Source: a virus (taxonomy: Duplodnaviria > Heunggongvirae > Uroviricota > Caudoviricetes). From it: DNA of 43,779 nucleotides. The notes beneath the pieces were generated by a model, which was not told where the DNA came from, did no database searches, and saw nothing but the letters and a program-made list of their open reading frames with translations. Made by a program: the position numbers and the translations under genes. The stretch is taken from the IMG/VR virus record IMGVR_UViG_2534681654_000010. One strand, written 5' to 3'. Each line of letters begins with the position of its first letter. Position 1 is the first letter of the stretch. Below are positions 8,862 through 17,950 of this stretch, one piece after another.

Positions 8862-9773
8862 TTACACTGAACTTACCGTTCTCCAGGCATTATTAATATA
8901 AATCTGAACCGGGCGATAATAGACCCCACCGATATTGTCCGCAGACCGGGAGCCGGTTTCCTGCACGTTAATTCCGGAAAGCATACAACCGGAAGGTGCG
9001 CTGTAATTCCATGACATTTCATTGCCTCCGGGTGAATGATAGCTCTGTGCTCCAAGCTGAACATTCTGTACATACCGGCCATCTGCGGTTGACTGCGTCA
9101 TTCCTGACGTGATGTTGATATCCAGCGTTCCGTCAAAAGGAACACCATTAATATTTCTTGGGGTGGCGAGTCTGTTTGCTGCCACGGCGGTTCCACCCGA
9201 TGGCAGGGCATCAGCAGCCTTATTTACCGTTTCCCGTAAACCAACGTTATCGATAAAAGCGCCTTTATCCGGAATGTCTGCGCCGTTCTGCTCCCTGCGC
9301 AGGTAACGGTTATCACCTTCGCTTTTGCTGTAAACATCCAGATTATTACGGGCGGTTCCCGCATTCTCCAGGTCGGCAAGGTTCTGATCCTTCGCCAGAG
9401 CATTAACGTCACCGGGACCAAGACTGTTTTTTGTGGCAAGCGCCCCAAGACCAAGATAACCACGGGCAAGACGCTGGGCTTCCGCACCGGCATCAGCAAT
9501 TTCTTTCAGGTTGTTTTTCCGGGAAAAGGCATTCGCAGCGATAATGGCTTTAATGGACAGCGTAAGCTGGTTTAACTGCGCCTTATCCGGCTGAATACTG
9601 GCTTCAGCCAGAATATTCAGCAGTTCGGCCTGGAGAATATTCAGCCAGTCCTGACCAATCCAGCTGATACCTTTTTGTCCGTCACCTTCGGTAAACCAGG
9701 TGGTGGTATTACTCTGCGCCGGTGCCAGCGCAGGCATATTCGCCACGCCGGAATTATTATCAACATGGAACAT
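8862..9773 (-). CDS. S: tail fibre protein (constant N-terminus fused to the currently expressed variable C-terminus, Sv)
   Basis: Start MFHVDNNSGVANMPALAP… overlaps the stop of the upstream gene (TAATG); the C-terminal ~120 aa lie inside the invertible segment and end …GGVYYRPVQIYINNAWRTVSSV. Confidence 0.75.
   Translation of the reverse strand: MFHVDNNSGVANMPALAPAQSNTTTWFTEGDGQKGISWIGQDWLNILQAELLNILAEASIQPDKAQLNQLTLSIKAIIAANAFSRKNNLKEIADAGAEAQRLARGYLGLGALATKNSLGPGDVNALAKDQNLADLENAGTARNNLDVYSKSEGDNRYLRREQNGADIPDKGAFIDNVGLRETVNKAADALPSGGTAVAANRLATPRNINGVPFDGTLDINITSGMTQSTADGRYVQNVQLGAQSYHSPGGNEMSWNYSAPSGCMLSGINVQETGSRSADNIGGVYYRPVQIYINNAWRTVSSV
9231..9256. repeat. gix-like recombination site inside the tail-fibre gene
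   Basis: TTCCCGTAAACCAACGTTATCGATAA resembles Gin/Cin/Hin crossover sites; inverted ~170-bp homology with 7873-8040 runs inward from here (about 9065-9240). Confidence 0.55.
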
Positions 9774-10333
9774 TAAATATTCTCCTCTTCGTGACTGTTT
9801 GCATATACGTAAATAAACGTCTGCCATGCAGGCTTATAACGGTTCAGAATACATTCCAGCGCACCGCCTTCATAAATACGCAGCGGCGTGAGAATATCAT
9901 CCAGCACATTCATATTCCGGTAGCCGGTTTCACTGTTAATCGTGACAATACTGACCCACTGTGAATCCGGTGATGGCTGAATATCTATTTCATAACCAAA
10001 CTCTGCCGCAAACCGGATATAAAATTCACGGTTAAGAGAGGGTTTCATCCGGTATTTATTCCCGGCATAACGCTGACGCTCCTGAATGGTTGCGCCGGTC
10101 ATATCACATTCCGGTAACCCCAGATAACGCTCCCAGTCTTCCAGCAGCAGACGGGATGAATCAGGAAAACGTTCTGCCAGCATCTGGTTACCGGTCCAGG
10201 AAACACGCTCCGTGGAATGACTGAGGCCCAGGCACAAAGCCGCAAGAACGGATGACGGCCGCTTATCCCATGCCAGCCCGTCAGGCAGCAACTGCAACAG
10301 GGCGCGCTGATGCGGGGTCAGGGTTACAGCCAT
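9773..10333 (-). CDS. Mu gp48-like tail protein (DUF2313/YmfQ-like)
   Basis: 186-aa ORF between the baseplate J-like gene and the tail fibre; position and size match Mu gp48. Confidence 0.55.
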   Translation of the reverse strand: MAVTLTPHQRALLQLLPDGLAWDKRPSSVLAALCLGLSHSTERVSWTGNQMLAERFPDSSRLLLEDWERYLGLPECDMTGATIQERQRYAGNKYRMKPSLNREFYIRFAAEFGYEIDIQPSPDSQWVSIVTINSETGYRNMNVLDDILTPLRIYEGGALECILNRYKPAWQTFIYVYANSHEEENI

Positions 10334-11409
10334 GTGATTTCCCCCACGGTCAGCAACTCTGTATCTCCGGCCATCACGGACTTCAGCGGGCTGCGAACTT
10401 CAAAATCCTCCAGTCCTTTCACCCCTGCAACAGCCCGCCAGAATGATGAAGGCAATACAAGTCCACCCGGCCGCGATTCGTTATAAAGCAGGTCTGTTAA
10501 TGCCTGTTTTACGGCAGCCTGATTTTCCGGCGTTTTGGGTACAATCCTGATCTCAAACGCCACCGGCTTATTGGTCAGCTTAAACACGCTGATTGTCGGC
10601 CCAAGTGGCTGACCAACGGGCTGGCCCGTCGCCGGATCATCATGACTGCGGATATAATCCGCCACCCGCTTCACATCACCTTCTCCGGGGAAAATGTCAG
10701 GGTTATTATCCTGAACAAAAGTCACACCAACACTACCCGCCTCAGGCCATTCAGGCTTACACCATGCCCGCGTCACGCCCGGTACTTCCCGTGCCCAGCG
10801 TTCAAAATCATACTGTGTTCCCCCTGATGGCGGGTTCTGTACCCGGAATACCAGCCTGGACAGCAACTCCGGCACCGTTTCCACATCCGCACCACCGGTG
10901 AGTCCCGTGCCGGTGACCGTGGCTGTCTGGTTGATGCCCGCCTGTGGCGTGATAAAGGACAGGCGGGTTCCGGTCGGGGTATTTCCAGCGCGCCCCGCAC
11001 TTTCCGCCTCCACATTAACATTCAGTGTTCCGGCTTTTCCGGTCGCAGAGCCGGTGATGCGGTACACAACCCCATCGCTTCGCTGAAGGAGTACGCCTTC
11101 CGTGATCCCTGCATCCGTGGTCAGCATCAGTTGTACCGGTCCGTCAGCGCGGGAAGCCGGTTTACGGATGACACCCCAGAATGCGCAGTGTTTCAGGAGT
11201 TCGGCTTCATCAGCTTCTGTCGGAATTATCTGCCGGGAGATCCAGGCCAGATGTTCATGCTCCTGTGCTGACAGACCCGCCAGTGCATACGCAATGGCAT
11301 TCAGGGTGGTTTCATTCACGCCCGGCTGCGAACCGGGCAGGCGCTGGCTGATATCCTGTTGTGTCTGTGTGATCAGTTGCGCCAGTGGTAAGGGCTGATA
11401 AGGCATCAT
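10324..11409 (-). CDS. baseplate J-like protein (Mu gp47-like)
   Basis: 361 aa, overlapped with neighbours in a Mu-type baseplate module. Confidence 0.6.
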   Translation of the reverse strand: MMPYQPLPLAQLITQTQQDISQRLPGSQPGVNETTLNAIAYALAGLSAQEHEHLAWISRQIIPTEADEAELLKHCAFWGVIRKPASRADGPVQLMLTTDAGITEGVLLQRSDGVVYRITGSATGKAGTLNVNVEAESAGRAGNTPTGTRLSFITPQAGINQTATVTGTGLTGGADVETVPELLSRLVFRVQNPPSGGTQYDFERWAREVPGVTRAWCKPEWPEAGSVGVTFVQDNNPDIFPGEGDVKRVADYIRSHDDPATGQPVGQPLGPTISVFKLTNKPVAFEIRIVPKTPENQAAVKQALTDLLYNESRPGGLVLPSSFWRAVAGVKGLEDFEVRSPLKSVMAGDTELLTVGEITWL

Positions 11410-11843
11410 TCCCCCTTCATATCAGCATAAAAAATCATCGGATGTCTGCTTCCGTCCGGCAGGGTGATTTTCACGGAAAGCGAAAGGCGAGCATGCCCCA
11501 CACGCATGGCATGACATACCACGGATGTGGCAGCACCGCTTTTATGCAGCCACGCCAGCGCTTCATCAGCATAGGCCTGTGCACGGCTGACCACGGAGGA
11601 CAGCGTCTTTTCACGGCTTAACAGCCAGAGACGGGAGCCAACGGGGCGCTCCCGGAAACTGTCTCCCCACCATCCCCGACGGTCACGGGTGCCGTCAGGG
11701 ATTTCATCGGAATCCAGCGCCCGCCTGTCCGTAAACAGTGAAATAATGACCGCAGTCAGCAGGCTGTTATCCGTCAGAAGATCTGCGCCGTTCAGTTGCA
11801 GGGAACCGCAACCCTGATCCCAGACGACAGCAATATCAGCCAT
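11406..11843 (-). CDS. Mu gp46-like baseplate protein
   Basis: Start MADIAVVWDQGCGSLQLNGADLL… chosen at an internal ATG that overlaps the upstream stop; position matches Mu gp46. Confidence 0.55.
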   Translation of the reverse strand: MADIAVVWDQGCGSLQLNGADLLTDNSLLTAVIISLFTDRRALDSDEIPDGTRDRRGWWGDSFRERPVGSRLWLLSREKTLSSVVSRAQAYADEALAWLHKSGAATSVVCHAMRVGHARLSLSVKITLPDGSRHPMIFYADMKGE

Positions 11844-12450
11844 TCTCTGGTCCTCCCGTTTTGCTGCCTTCACCGTTATCGTGATGCACATGACCTGAAT
11901 AGGTGATCCCGGCAATAACCGCTTCGGACATCGTGAACGTCCCCTGTGATCTTCCGGTGCCGTCAATGGACACATTGCCTTTGACATGCAGGTTCTTATC
12001 CACTGTGACATTACCGGTAAAGTGAGCCTCCGGTGTATCCACCTGAACACCTTCATCGGCGTAAATCTCCAGCGTCTTACAGGTCACAATGATCCGGCCG
12101 TTCTTTGTCAGACGTATACGGTGCCCCTCATGGTGATACACGCCGGTATCTCCGGCGGTAAGTCCGGTCGGGCGACTGCGGCGGTCTTCCACCACAAGCA
12201 CCACGGCCTGATCCCGTTGTCCGCCAGCACAGGCCAGAAAAACTTCCGCACCAGGCAGGGGGACGCTGATTTGCCCGTACTGCTGGGGGCGTTCAACGTC
12301 ATCAAAGGTTTCACCATCCATACCGGTGATTTGCACATTCTGGATTTTCAGCGTGTCCGTTGTGCCGGTCAGTACACCACGCCCGAACAGCAGACGAACA
12401 CCCCGCATCACGGGGGCCAGAAGGCGGCTGATGACTTCGTCATTCATCAT
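11836..12450 (-). CDS. baseplate spike / assembly protein V-like (Mu gp45-like)
   Basis: 204-aa product with a gpV/VgrG-like fold signature (…GDTGVYHHEGHRIRLTKNGRIIV…). Confidence 0.6.
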   Translation of the reverse strand: MMNDEVISRLLAPVMRGVRLLFGRGVLTGTTDTLKIQNVQITGMDGETFDDVERPQQYGQISVPLPGAEVFLACAGGQRDQAVVLVVEDRRSRPTGLTAGDTGVYHHEGHRIRLTKNGRIIVTCKTLEIYADEGVQVDTPEAHFTGNVTVDKNLHVKGNVSIDGTGRSQGTFTMSEAVIAGITYSGHVHHDNGEGSKTGGPENG

Positions 12451-13564
12451 TGAATTTAATCCCCTGTTTTTTCATCTGTGCCCGCACGAAGGCGTCCACG
12501 TCACCCGCATTTCCGCTTCCGCTGTTTCCCGGCTCTGCCGGAACAATAAAGCCGTCACGGGGTGCCAGAATCAGACGGGTGGTTTCGCCGTGATTTGCAT
12601 CCAGCGAAAACTCCACCTGACAGACAAGAAGATCACGCTCTTCCACTCCGGTGCGGGGAGCCGTGACAGCCGTCAGCAGGTTGATATCCCACAACTGGCC
12701 GTTCTCCCGAAACCAGTGCCGCACGGTGGCTGTCAGGCGCACAGAGCGGGCAACCGCCCGGCGCATTTCCCGGACAGCCCTCTGGCGTGCACCGTCTGCA
12801 TCAACAGCATGATCCGCCAGCACAATTTTCGGTCTGTAACGGTGGATGGCACTGTCTGTCACCGTACCAACGGGTGCGGCCAGCGTTCCGGCTGTCAGTG
12901 CATCCCCGGCATGACCACCACCACGCCCGTGCCCCCGTACACGGTATTCACTGTGGCGCAGACGGTGATCCACGTTGTGATCCAAATCCAGCAGATTTTC
13001 GCCCAGCGTCAGCGTGTCGCCACGCTGACTGCCGGCCTGAGTGAAAACCAGTTCACCGGCGGCATTACTGGTTACCAGGACGCCTCTGTGTCTCGCGGCC
13101 CGTGTCAGCGCATCTGCCACGGTTTCTGAGTTTTCCAGTGTGAAGGTGGAAAAGGGCCGGGCTGCCGTTGCATCATTTACCTGCCAGCGCACCGTGACCC
13201 CGAACGGAGCACACAAATCTGAAGCAATGTGCTCCAGCGTGCGGTTCCTCCACTGGCTGCCCGGATGAATGGCTGAACAGTCCACCAGGTCACCGGTTTT
13301 ATCCCGTCCGCTGAGCGTGATCTGAAAACGCGTGGCGCTGATGCGCTGCCGGACCTGATCCAGCCAGCCAGTGATCACAGGCTGACCGTCAATGCGCAAT
13401 TCCAGAGACTGACCGGCACGGACGGATGACGGAAGGCGTACACCGGGCATCATTACCCCCAGTTCAAAGGAGCCCGCCAGATGTTCAAGAGAGCGACGAA
13501 CACTCACCGTCAGCCAGCCGGAAAAAATCTCACCGCCCAGATACAGTTCAACCCTGCTGCTCAC
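12440..13564 (-). CDS. baseplate hub protein (Mu gp44-like)
   Basis: 374 aa in the conserved position between the DNA circularization protein and the baseplate spike. Confidence 0.55.
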   Translation of the reverse strand: MSSRVELYLGGEIFSGWLTVSVRRSLEHLAGSFELGVMMPGVRLPSSVRAGQSLELRIDGQPVITGWLDQVRQRISATRFQITLSGRDKTGDLVDCSAIHPGSQWRNRTLEHIASDLCAPFGVTVRWQVNDATAARPFSTFTLENSETVADALTRAARHRGVLVTSNAAGELVFTQAGSQRGDTLTLGENLLDLDHNVDHRLRHSEYRVRGHGRGGGHAGDALTAGTLAAPVGTVTDSAIHRYRPKIVLADHAVDADGARQRAVREMRRAVARSVRLTATVRHWFRENGQLWDINLLTAVTAPRTGVEERDLLVCQVEFSLDANHGETTRLILAPRDGFIVPAEPGNSGSGNAGDVDAFVRAQMKKQGIKFNDE

Positions 13565-14918
13565 TAATCACCTCCACTGAATGGCCTCCGGGAATGAACA
13601 GCGGATCAACAATACCGTTACGGCGCACAAAACGTTGCCAGCCGGTACTGTTCCCGGTGGCACGGTACAGGGTCACCAGTGCAGGCTCGGTGGTACGTAC
13701 AGTCACTACTGTTGCACCGGGTAGCTGAACTCCCCGTGTATTCAGATCCTCTGTCAGTGCCAGTCTGGCATCACGAAGCGTCAGCGCCGTGGCGGTATAC
13801 CCCTGCCCGGACAGTGTCATCACCTGCCGTTCGAGCGCTTCGCTTAAGTCACGGTTAATGCGCTGAAGATCAACTGAACTTTCCAGCCAGACAGGCCAGG
13901 TACGGTGGGCTGCGTCACTGTCCGGCAGGGTTTCCTGACTGAGAACCTGATCCAGCAGTTTTCCCACGGTCTGTGCCTGGGCCACCACGGCAGCACTCTG
14001 CATTACCGCCCGTATCAGACGAATATTCTTTTGTGCTGCCGGTGTCAGACCGATGAGAGTCTGCGGATTATCCTGCTCATCCAGCACGTAACGCAGGGAA
14101 GATAATGTCCTGTACAGTTGCGGCATTCCCTGAGAGAAGGCGGATGTCGTCCGGCCGATACTGCCACCGGGCCGGGTATTCAGGCCTCCTGAAGACAGTG
14201 ACGGCAGCGATGGCAGGGTGATCAGGGCACTGAAAAGCCCCGCAAAAGATGAGGCCATGCGGGAAGGTGCTGTCAGTAATGCCGTGGCATTCCCTTTCAG
14301 CGCCGTGAACGTGGCAGTAAAGGCACTGATATCCTGTACAATCCCCATGCCGGAAACGGCATTTTCCAGGGCGGACACCTTATCGCTGATGGTTTCGGTC
14401 ATTGCCTGGACATCGTGCATTCCGTCAGAAATCACCGTCCAGCCCGCTTCCAGGGTTTCAAAAACCTTCCCGAGCGCGGTGGTACTCTTCTGCTCCAGAA
14501 TGGCGGCCGTGTCCTGTGTGACAGCAGGTGCGGTATCATCACTTACCGGCGTGACATTAATGGTGAACTCAACCACGCCCTGTTCAGCAGCGTTATAACG
14601 ACTTTCAAAGCTGTTTATCAGCACATTTAACGTGCCGTAATCCGGGTGAAGCAGCTCCCCGGCACCGGGAGCACGAAGGGCATCACGCAGACGATTTCGC
14701 TGTGTCTGAACATCATCCCCCATCACAAGTACACTGAACGTAAATTCAGCCAGTTTAGGTCCCAGATCGTCTGCACCACCGGTTTCCCGTAACGGATATT
14801 CCCGACGGACAATGTTTCGCCCGCCACGTTCGCGCTGCTCACGCCAGACGAGGAACGGCACACCACGGAACGCACCACGACCGTCACCAGAGGCCATAAT
14901 TCCCTCCGTTCCAGACAT
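13548..14918 (-). CDS. Mu N-like DNA circularization protein (gp43-like)
   Basis: 456 aa immediately downstream of the tape measure gene, as in Mu. Confidence 0.6.
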   Translation of the reverse strand: MSGTEGIMASGDGRGAFRGVPFLVWREQRERGGRNIVRREYPLRETGGADDLGPKLAEFTFSVLVMGDDVQTQRNRLRDALRAPGAGELLHPDYGTLNVLINSFESRYNAAEQGVVEFTINVTPVSDDTAPAVTQDTAAILEQKSTTALGKVFETLEAGWTVISDGMHDVQAMTETISDKVSALENAVSGMGIVQDISAFTATFTALKGNATALLTAPSRMASSFAGLFSALITLPSLPSLSSGGLNTRPGGSIGRTTSAFSQGMPQLYRTLSSLRYVLDEQDNPQTLIGLTPAAQKNIRLIRAVMQSAAVVAQAQTVGKLLDQVLSQETLPDSDAAHRTWPVWLESSVDLQRINRDLSEALERQVMTLSGQGYTATALTLRDARLALTEDLNTRGVQLPGATVVTVRTTEPALVTLYRATGNSTGWQRFVRRNGIVDPLFIPGGHSVEVISEQQG

Positions 14919-16959
14919 TCACATCCAGTCCGTGACCGGACGTGTCATCAATATCAATACTGCGAGCCTGCCACCCTTCCGGGGCAACCAGCTCCACACG
15001 GGCAGAGGCTTTTTGTACCGCCTGTCCACTGCTTTCATCATCACTGCCCCGTAATTTCTGCCAGGCTTCAGTCAGCCATCCCCCCAGATAGTTACCGAGA
15101 TAGCTGCCCACCGTAGAACCAATGGCAATCCCCACAGGTCCGGCTGCCGCCCCCAGCGCACCACCGGCAATACTGCCTGCAAGAGAGCCGACCGCTTCTC
15201 CCTTGTCTGTGGCACTGGCGCTGCCATCCAGCAGAACCGGGGCTGCCATCGCGCCAGCCCACAGGGCACCTCCACCCAGCCGGCCGGCCAGTCCACCGGC
15301 ACTGCGGAAAAAGCCGGAGAAACGCCCCAGCCCCATGCGGCTACCGACAGACGAAAGTAACCCACCGGCGCGCCCCATCATGCGCCCCCAGAACCCTGCC
15401 CCACCAGAAGAGGGAGACGGTGGCACTGGGGACGGTGGCAGGGGAGGCGTGACCGGTCTTCCGCGCCCCGGTCCGCGTTTCCTGCGGCCCCGCCCCTGAC
15501 GTCCGCCTGAGGATGTATCGGTCGCGCCGGTGCCGGACAGTCCTCCTGTGGGCCAGTTTGTTACAAGTACTGGCTGAACGGCTGCCGGATTTACCCCGGT
15601 AAGAAAGTTTATAAAACGTTGCCCTCGTCCCTGATATGTGCCTGGTGGTGTTCCGGCCGGAGGAGAGCGCCGGAAAGGTGAGGTCAGGAAGGCCGCCGCT
15701 GATAATCCGTATCCCAGCAATGCAGCACCCGGACGTATAATCCCCGTTCCGACAGCCCGCGCCATTTTCAGGGCACGGGTGGCGAGATACATGTACAGCA
15801 GGTATTTCGCGGCGGTCTGTGCCCCCTGACCAATGCGATCCAGCGCATCACCATAGCCCGCATCCCGCAGAGCCTGAAGCGTGTCGCGTACCTTTCTGAT
15901 CGCCTGATAAAACCCAGTCACTGCATCACGGGCATACTCAAAGCCCTGGTTCATGGCTGATGCCGTGCTTTCCGCCAGGGAATGGTAACTGCCATCAGAT
16001 TTGGCACTGTCAACCCATGAAAGAAATCCCCTGAGATTACCCTTCAGTTTTTCAAATGGCCCACTGTCCATCACATCCCGGGCAAACTGGTCCCAGACGT
16101 CACCCATCATGGCCGTCAGGCCACTCCAGGAATTCATTGCGTCCTTTTGTGCTCCCCTGGCCTGTTCCGCCAGCGTCTGAAATAACAGGCGAATACTGTC
16201 CGGCCCAAGCAGCCCTTTTTCACCAAGTTTTCTGACCACTTTCTGGTCCACACCCAGACGATCAGCCAGCACGCGGTAGGCATTAATGCCGTAGGTGGCA
16301 AGAATATTTGCATCCGCCGCCTGAATACTGCCTCTTGCATACATCTGTTTCAGTTGCAGGGATGCCCCCTGTGCATCGGACAGTGACCAGCCGCCCACGG
16401 CACCCTGATCCTGAAGCATGGTGACAAAATTTCGGGCCTCCCTGTCACTCATACCAAAGCCCAGACTGGACGTATATTCCTGCATGACGCCAGCCAGCCC
16501 CCAGGTGGTTTCCTTCGCATTCTGTATTGCCCACCTGCGGACATCATCAGTTTTCGCCCGATCCCCTTTGTAAAGGGAGTTCAGGCGAATCATATAGGTT
16601 TCCATCTCCGCTGCCGGGCGAATAAATCCCCGGTTAAAGCCATATACAGCAGCACCACCGGCCAGCATTCCGTAAAGATTGCTGATCCGCCCGATGGTGC
16701 CGGTAATACTGCCCTGAAGACGGTCAAAATCAGAAGTGACATGGCGGATACTGCCCCGCACCCCGGCCAGCGTGCGCTGCATCCTGCTTCCGAGTACATC
16801 TGTTTCCTGCCCGGCACGGCGGGCAGCATTTCCCAGGCCACCCAGCCCCGCCTGGCCGGAGCGTGAGAATGCCCCCAGCTCCTGTGACCACTGGCGGGAT
16901 TTGGCTGAGATATTGCCGAGCAAATCAACTATCAGAGATGCTCTGAGATTTCGGGCCAT
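14884..16959 (-). CDS. tail tape measure protein (Mu gp42-like)
   Basis: 691 aa, Gly/Ala-rich with a Pro-rich segment; sits between the chaperone gene and the baseplate genes. Confidence 0.7.
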   Translation of the reverse strand: MARNLRASLIVDLLGNISAKSRQWSQELGAFSRSGQAGLGGLGNAARRAGQETDVLGSRMQRTLAGVRGSIRHVTSDFDRLQGSITGTIGRISNLYGMLAGGAAVYGFNRGFIRPAAEMETYMIRLNSLYKGDRAKTDDVRRWAIQNAKETTWGLAGVMQEYTSSLGFGMSDREARNFVTMLQDQGAVGGWSLSDAQGASLQLKQMYARGSIQAADANILATYGINAYRVLADRLGVDQKVVRKLGEKGLLGPDSIRLLFQTLAEQARGAQKDAMNSWSGLTAMMGDVWDQFARDVMDSGPFEKLKGNLRGFLSWVDSAKSDGSYHSLAESTASAMNQGFEYARDAVTGFYQAIRKVRDTLQALRDAGYGDALDRIGQGAQTAAKYLLYMYLATRALKMARAVGTGIIRPGAALLGYGLSAAAFLTSPFRRSPPAGTPPGTYQGRGQRFINFLTGVNPAAVQPVLVTNWPTGGLSGTGATDTSSGGRQGRGRRKRGPGRGRPVTPPLPPSPVPPSPSSGGAGFWGRMMGRAGGLLSSVGSRMGLGRFSGFFRSAGGLAGRLGGGALWAGAMAAPVLLDGSASATDKGEAVGSLAGSIAGGALGAAAGPVGIAIGSTVGSYLGNYLGGWLTEAWQKLRGSDDESSGQAVQKASARVELVAPEGWQARSIDIDDTSGHGLDVNVWNGGNYGLW

Positions 16960-16961
16960 AC

Positions 16962-17144
16962 TTACTGCTTCGTTCTGATGATTTTTTCTGTCTGTCGGCA
17001 GTGCCGGTAAAGTTGCGACAGGGGGAGGTTAAGCGCCCATTCCGGACCGCTTTTTGTCACCATCCCCAGGATAATTGCCGCTTCTTCAATCTGATCCCGA
17101 CACTGCGCCTGATCGCCCCCGGTCAGCTGCCAGCTTTCCGGCAA
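16962..17144 (-). CDS. possible frameshift extension of the tail assembly chaperone (speculative)
   Basis: 60-codon frame overlapping the 3' end of the chaperone ORF in a different frame, in the position where tailed phages use a programmed frameshift; no canonical slippery heptamer seen. Confidence 0.25.
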   Translation of the reverse strand: MPESWQLTGGDQAQCRDQIEEAAIILGMVTKSGPEWALNLPLSQLYRHCRQTEKIIRTKQ

Positions 17145-17580
17145 GCGCGGTATCCAGCAGGCTGACCGCTGCCATCAGGCGGGAGAGATCGCGCTCGCTT
17201 AACTGTCCAATCTGACGGGGTGACAACGGACCTTCAATGTCTCCCACTGCGGCAATCTGACGGCGCAGCAGTGCAACACCGCGTAACGACGGAGACGCTA
17301 TCAGCATCGGGCCATTGTTTGTCTCCACCACGCGCTCGGCTTCTGCTTCTGCGTCAATACTGTCTTTCGCTGTCAGTTCCCGGAACGTGACACGATATTC
17401 ACGGGTCTCACCAAACGGCAGACCATCAAGCAGATCCACATATCCCTTTGCCAGTTGCTCTGTCAGCCCGGCAGTGCGTGGATCAGCCCCCTCAAGTGCT
17501 TCCCGGATTGCCTCCATCACGGCTGCCTCGGAAACTGCCGTTTTTTTCTTACGTGTGGTCATTTTATTTTTCCTGATCAC
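17086..17580 (-). CDS. tail assembly chaperone (Mu gp41-like)
   Basis: 164-aa acidic protein between the tube and tape measure genes. Confidence 0.55.
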   Translation of the reverse strand: MIRKNKMTTRKKKTAVSEAAVMEAIREALEGADPRTAGLTEQLAKGYVDLLDGLPFGETREYRVTFRELTAKDSIDAEAEAERVVETNNGPMLIASPSLRGVALLRRQIAAVGDIEGPLSPRQIGQLSERDLSRLMAAVSLLDTALAGKLAADRGRSGAVSGSD

Positions 17581-17942
17581 TGAACACGGGTACTGGAGGC
17601 GCTGGCGAACTTCACGGAGATCTCCCCGCCACCGTCAAGCGAGGCCGGTTCACTGCTCCAGGCCTTCGTCATCATGTGGACTTCGCCGGTATCCGCCACA
17701 AACTCGATAGTGACCGCAGTCCAGTTGTTGATTTCATCGGCGGCTGGTGAACCTTCTCCGCCTGCCGGAAATTTGCAGTCCAGCGTCGCTTCACGTGGTT
17801 TCTGGCGGTAACCATAGACTTTCGCGCCTTTCACCACTTCACGTTCAAAACCAGACGGAGAAAATGTAGCCCCCTCAAGCGTCTCGTATTCCTGACCGTT
17901 CACACGGATAGTGGCCGTACCCTGATACTGTTTTCCGCTCAT
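17577..17942 (-). CDS. tail tube protein (Mu M-like)
   Basis: 121 aa directly downstream of the sheath gene. Confidence 0.65.
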   Translation of the reverse strand: MSGKQYQGTATIRVNGQEYETLEGATFSPSGFEREVVKGAKVYGYRQKPREATLDCKFPAGGEGSPAADEINNWTAVTIEFVADTGEVHMMTKAWSSEPASLDGGGEISVKFASASSTRVQ

Positions 17943-17950
17943 GCCTTACC

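Noticed and set aside
12326-13129. Long plus-strand ORFs (this one and e.g. 18632-19558, 26265-26864, 28580-29173, 22049-22612) lying opposite the Mu-like late genes
   Set aside because: They are antisense to well-supported minus-strand structural genes, have Arg/Pro/Cys-rich low-complexity translations typical of GC-rich shadow frames, and lack RBSs; treated as spurious.
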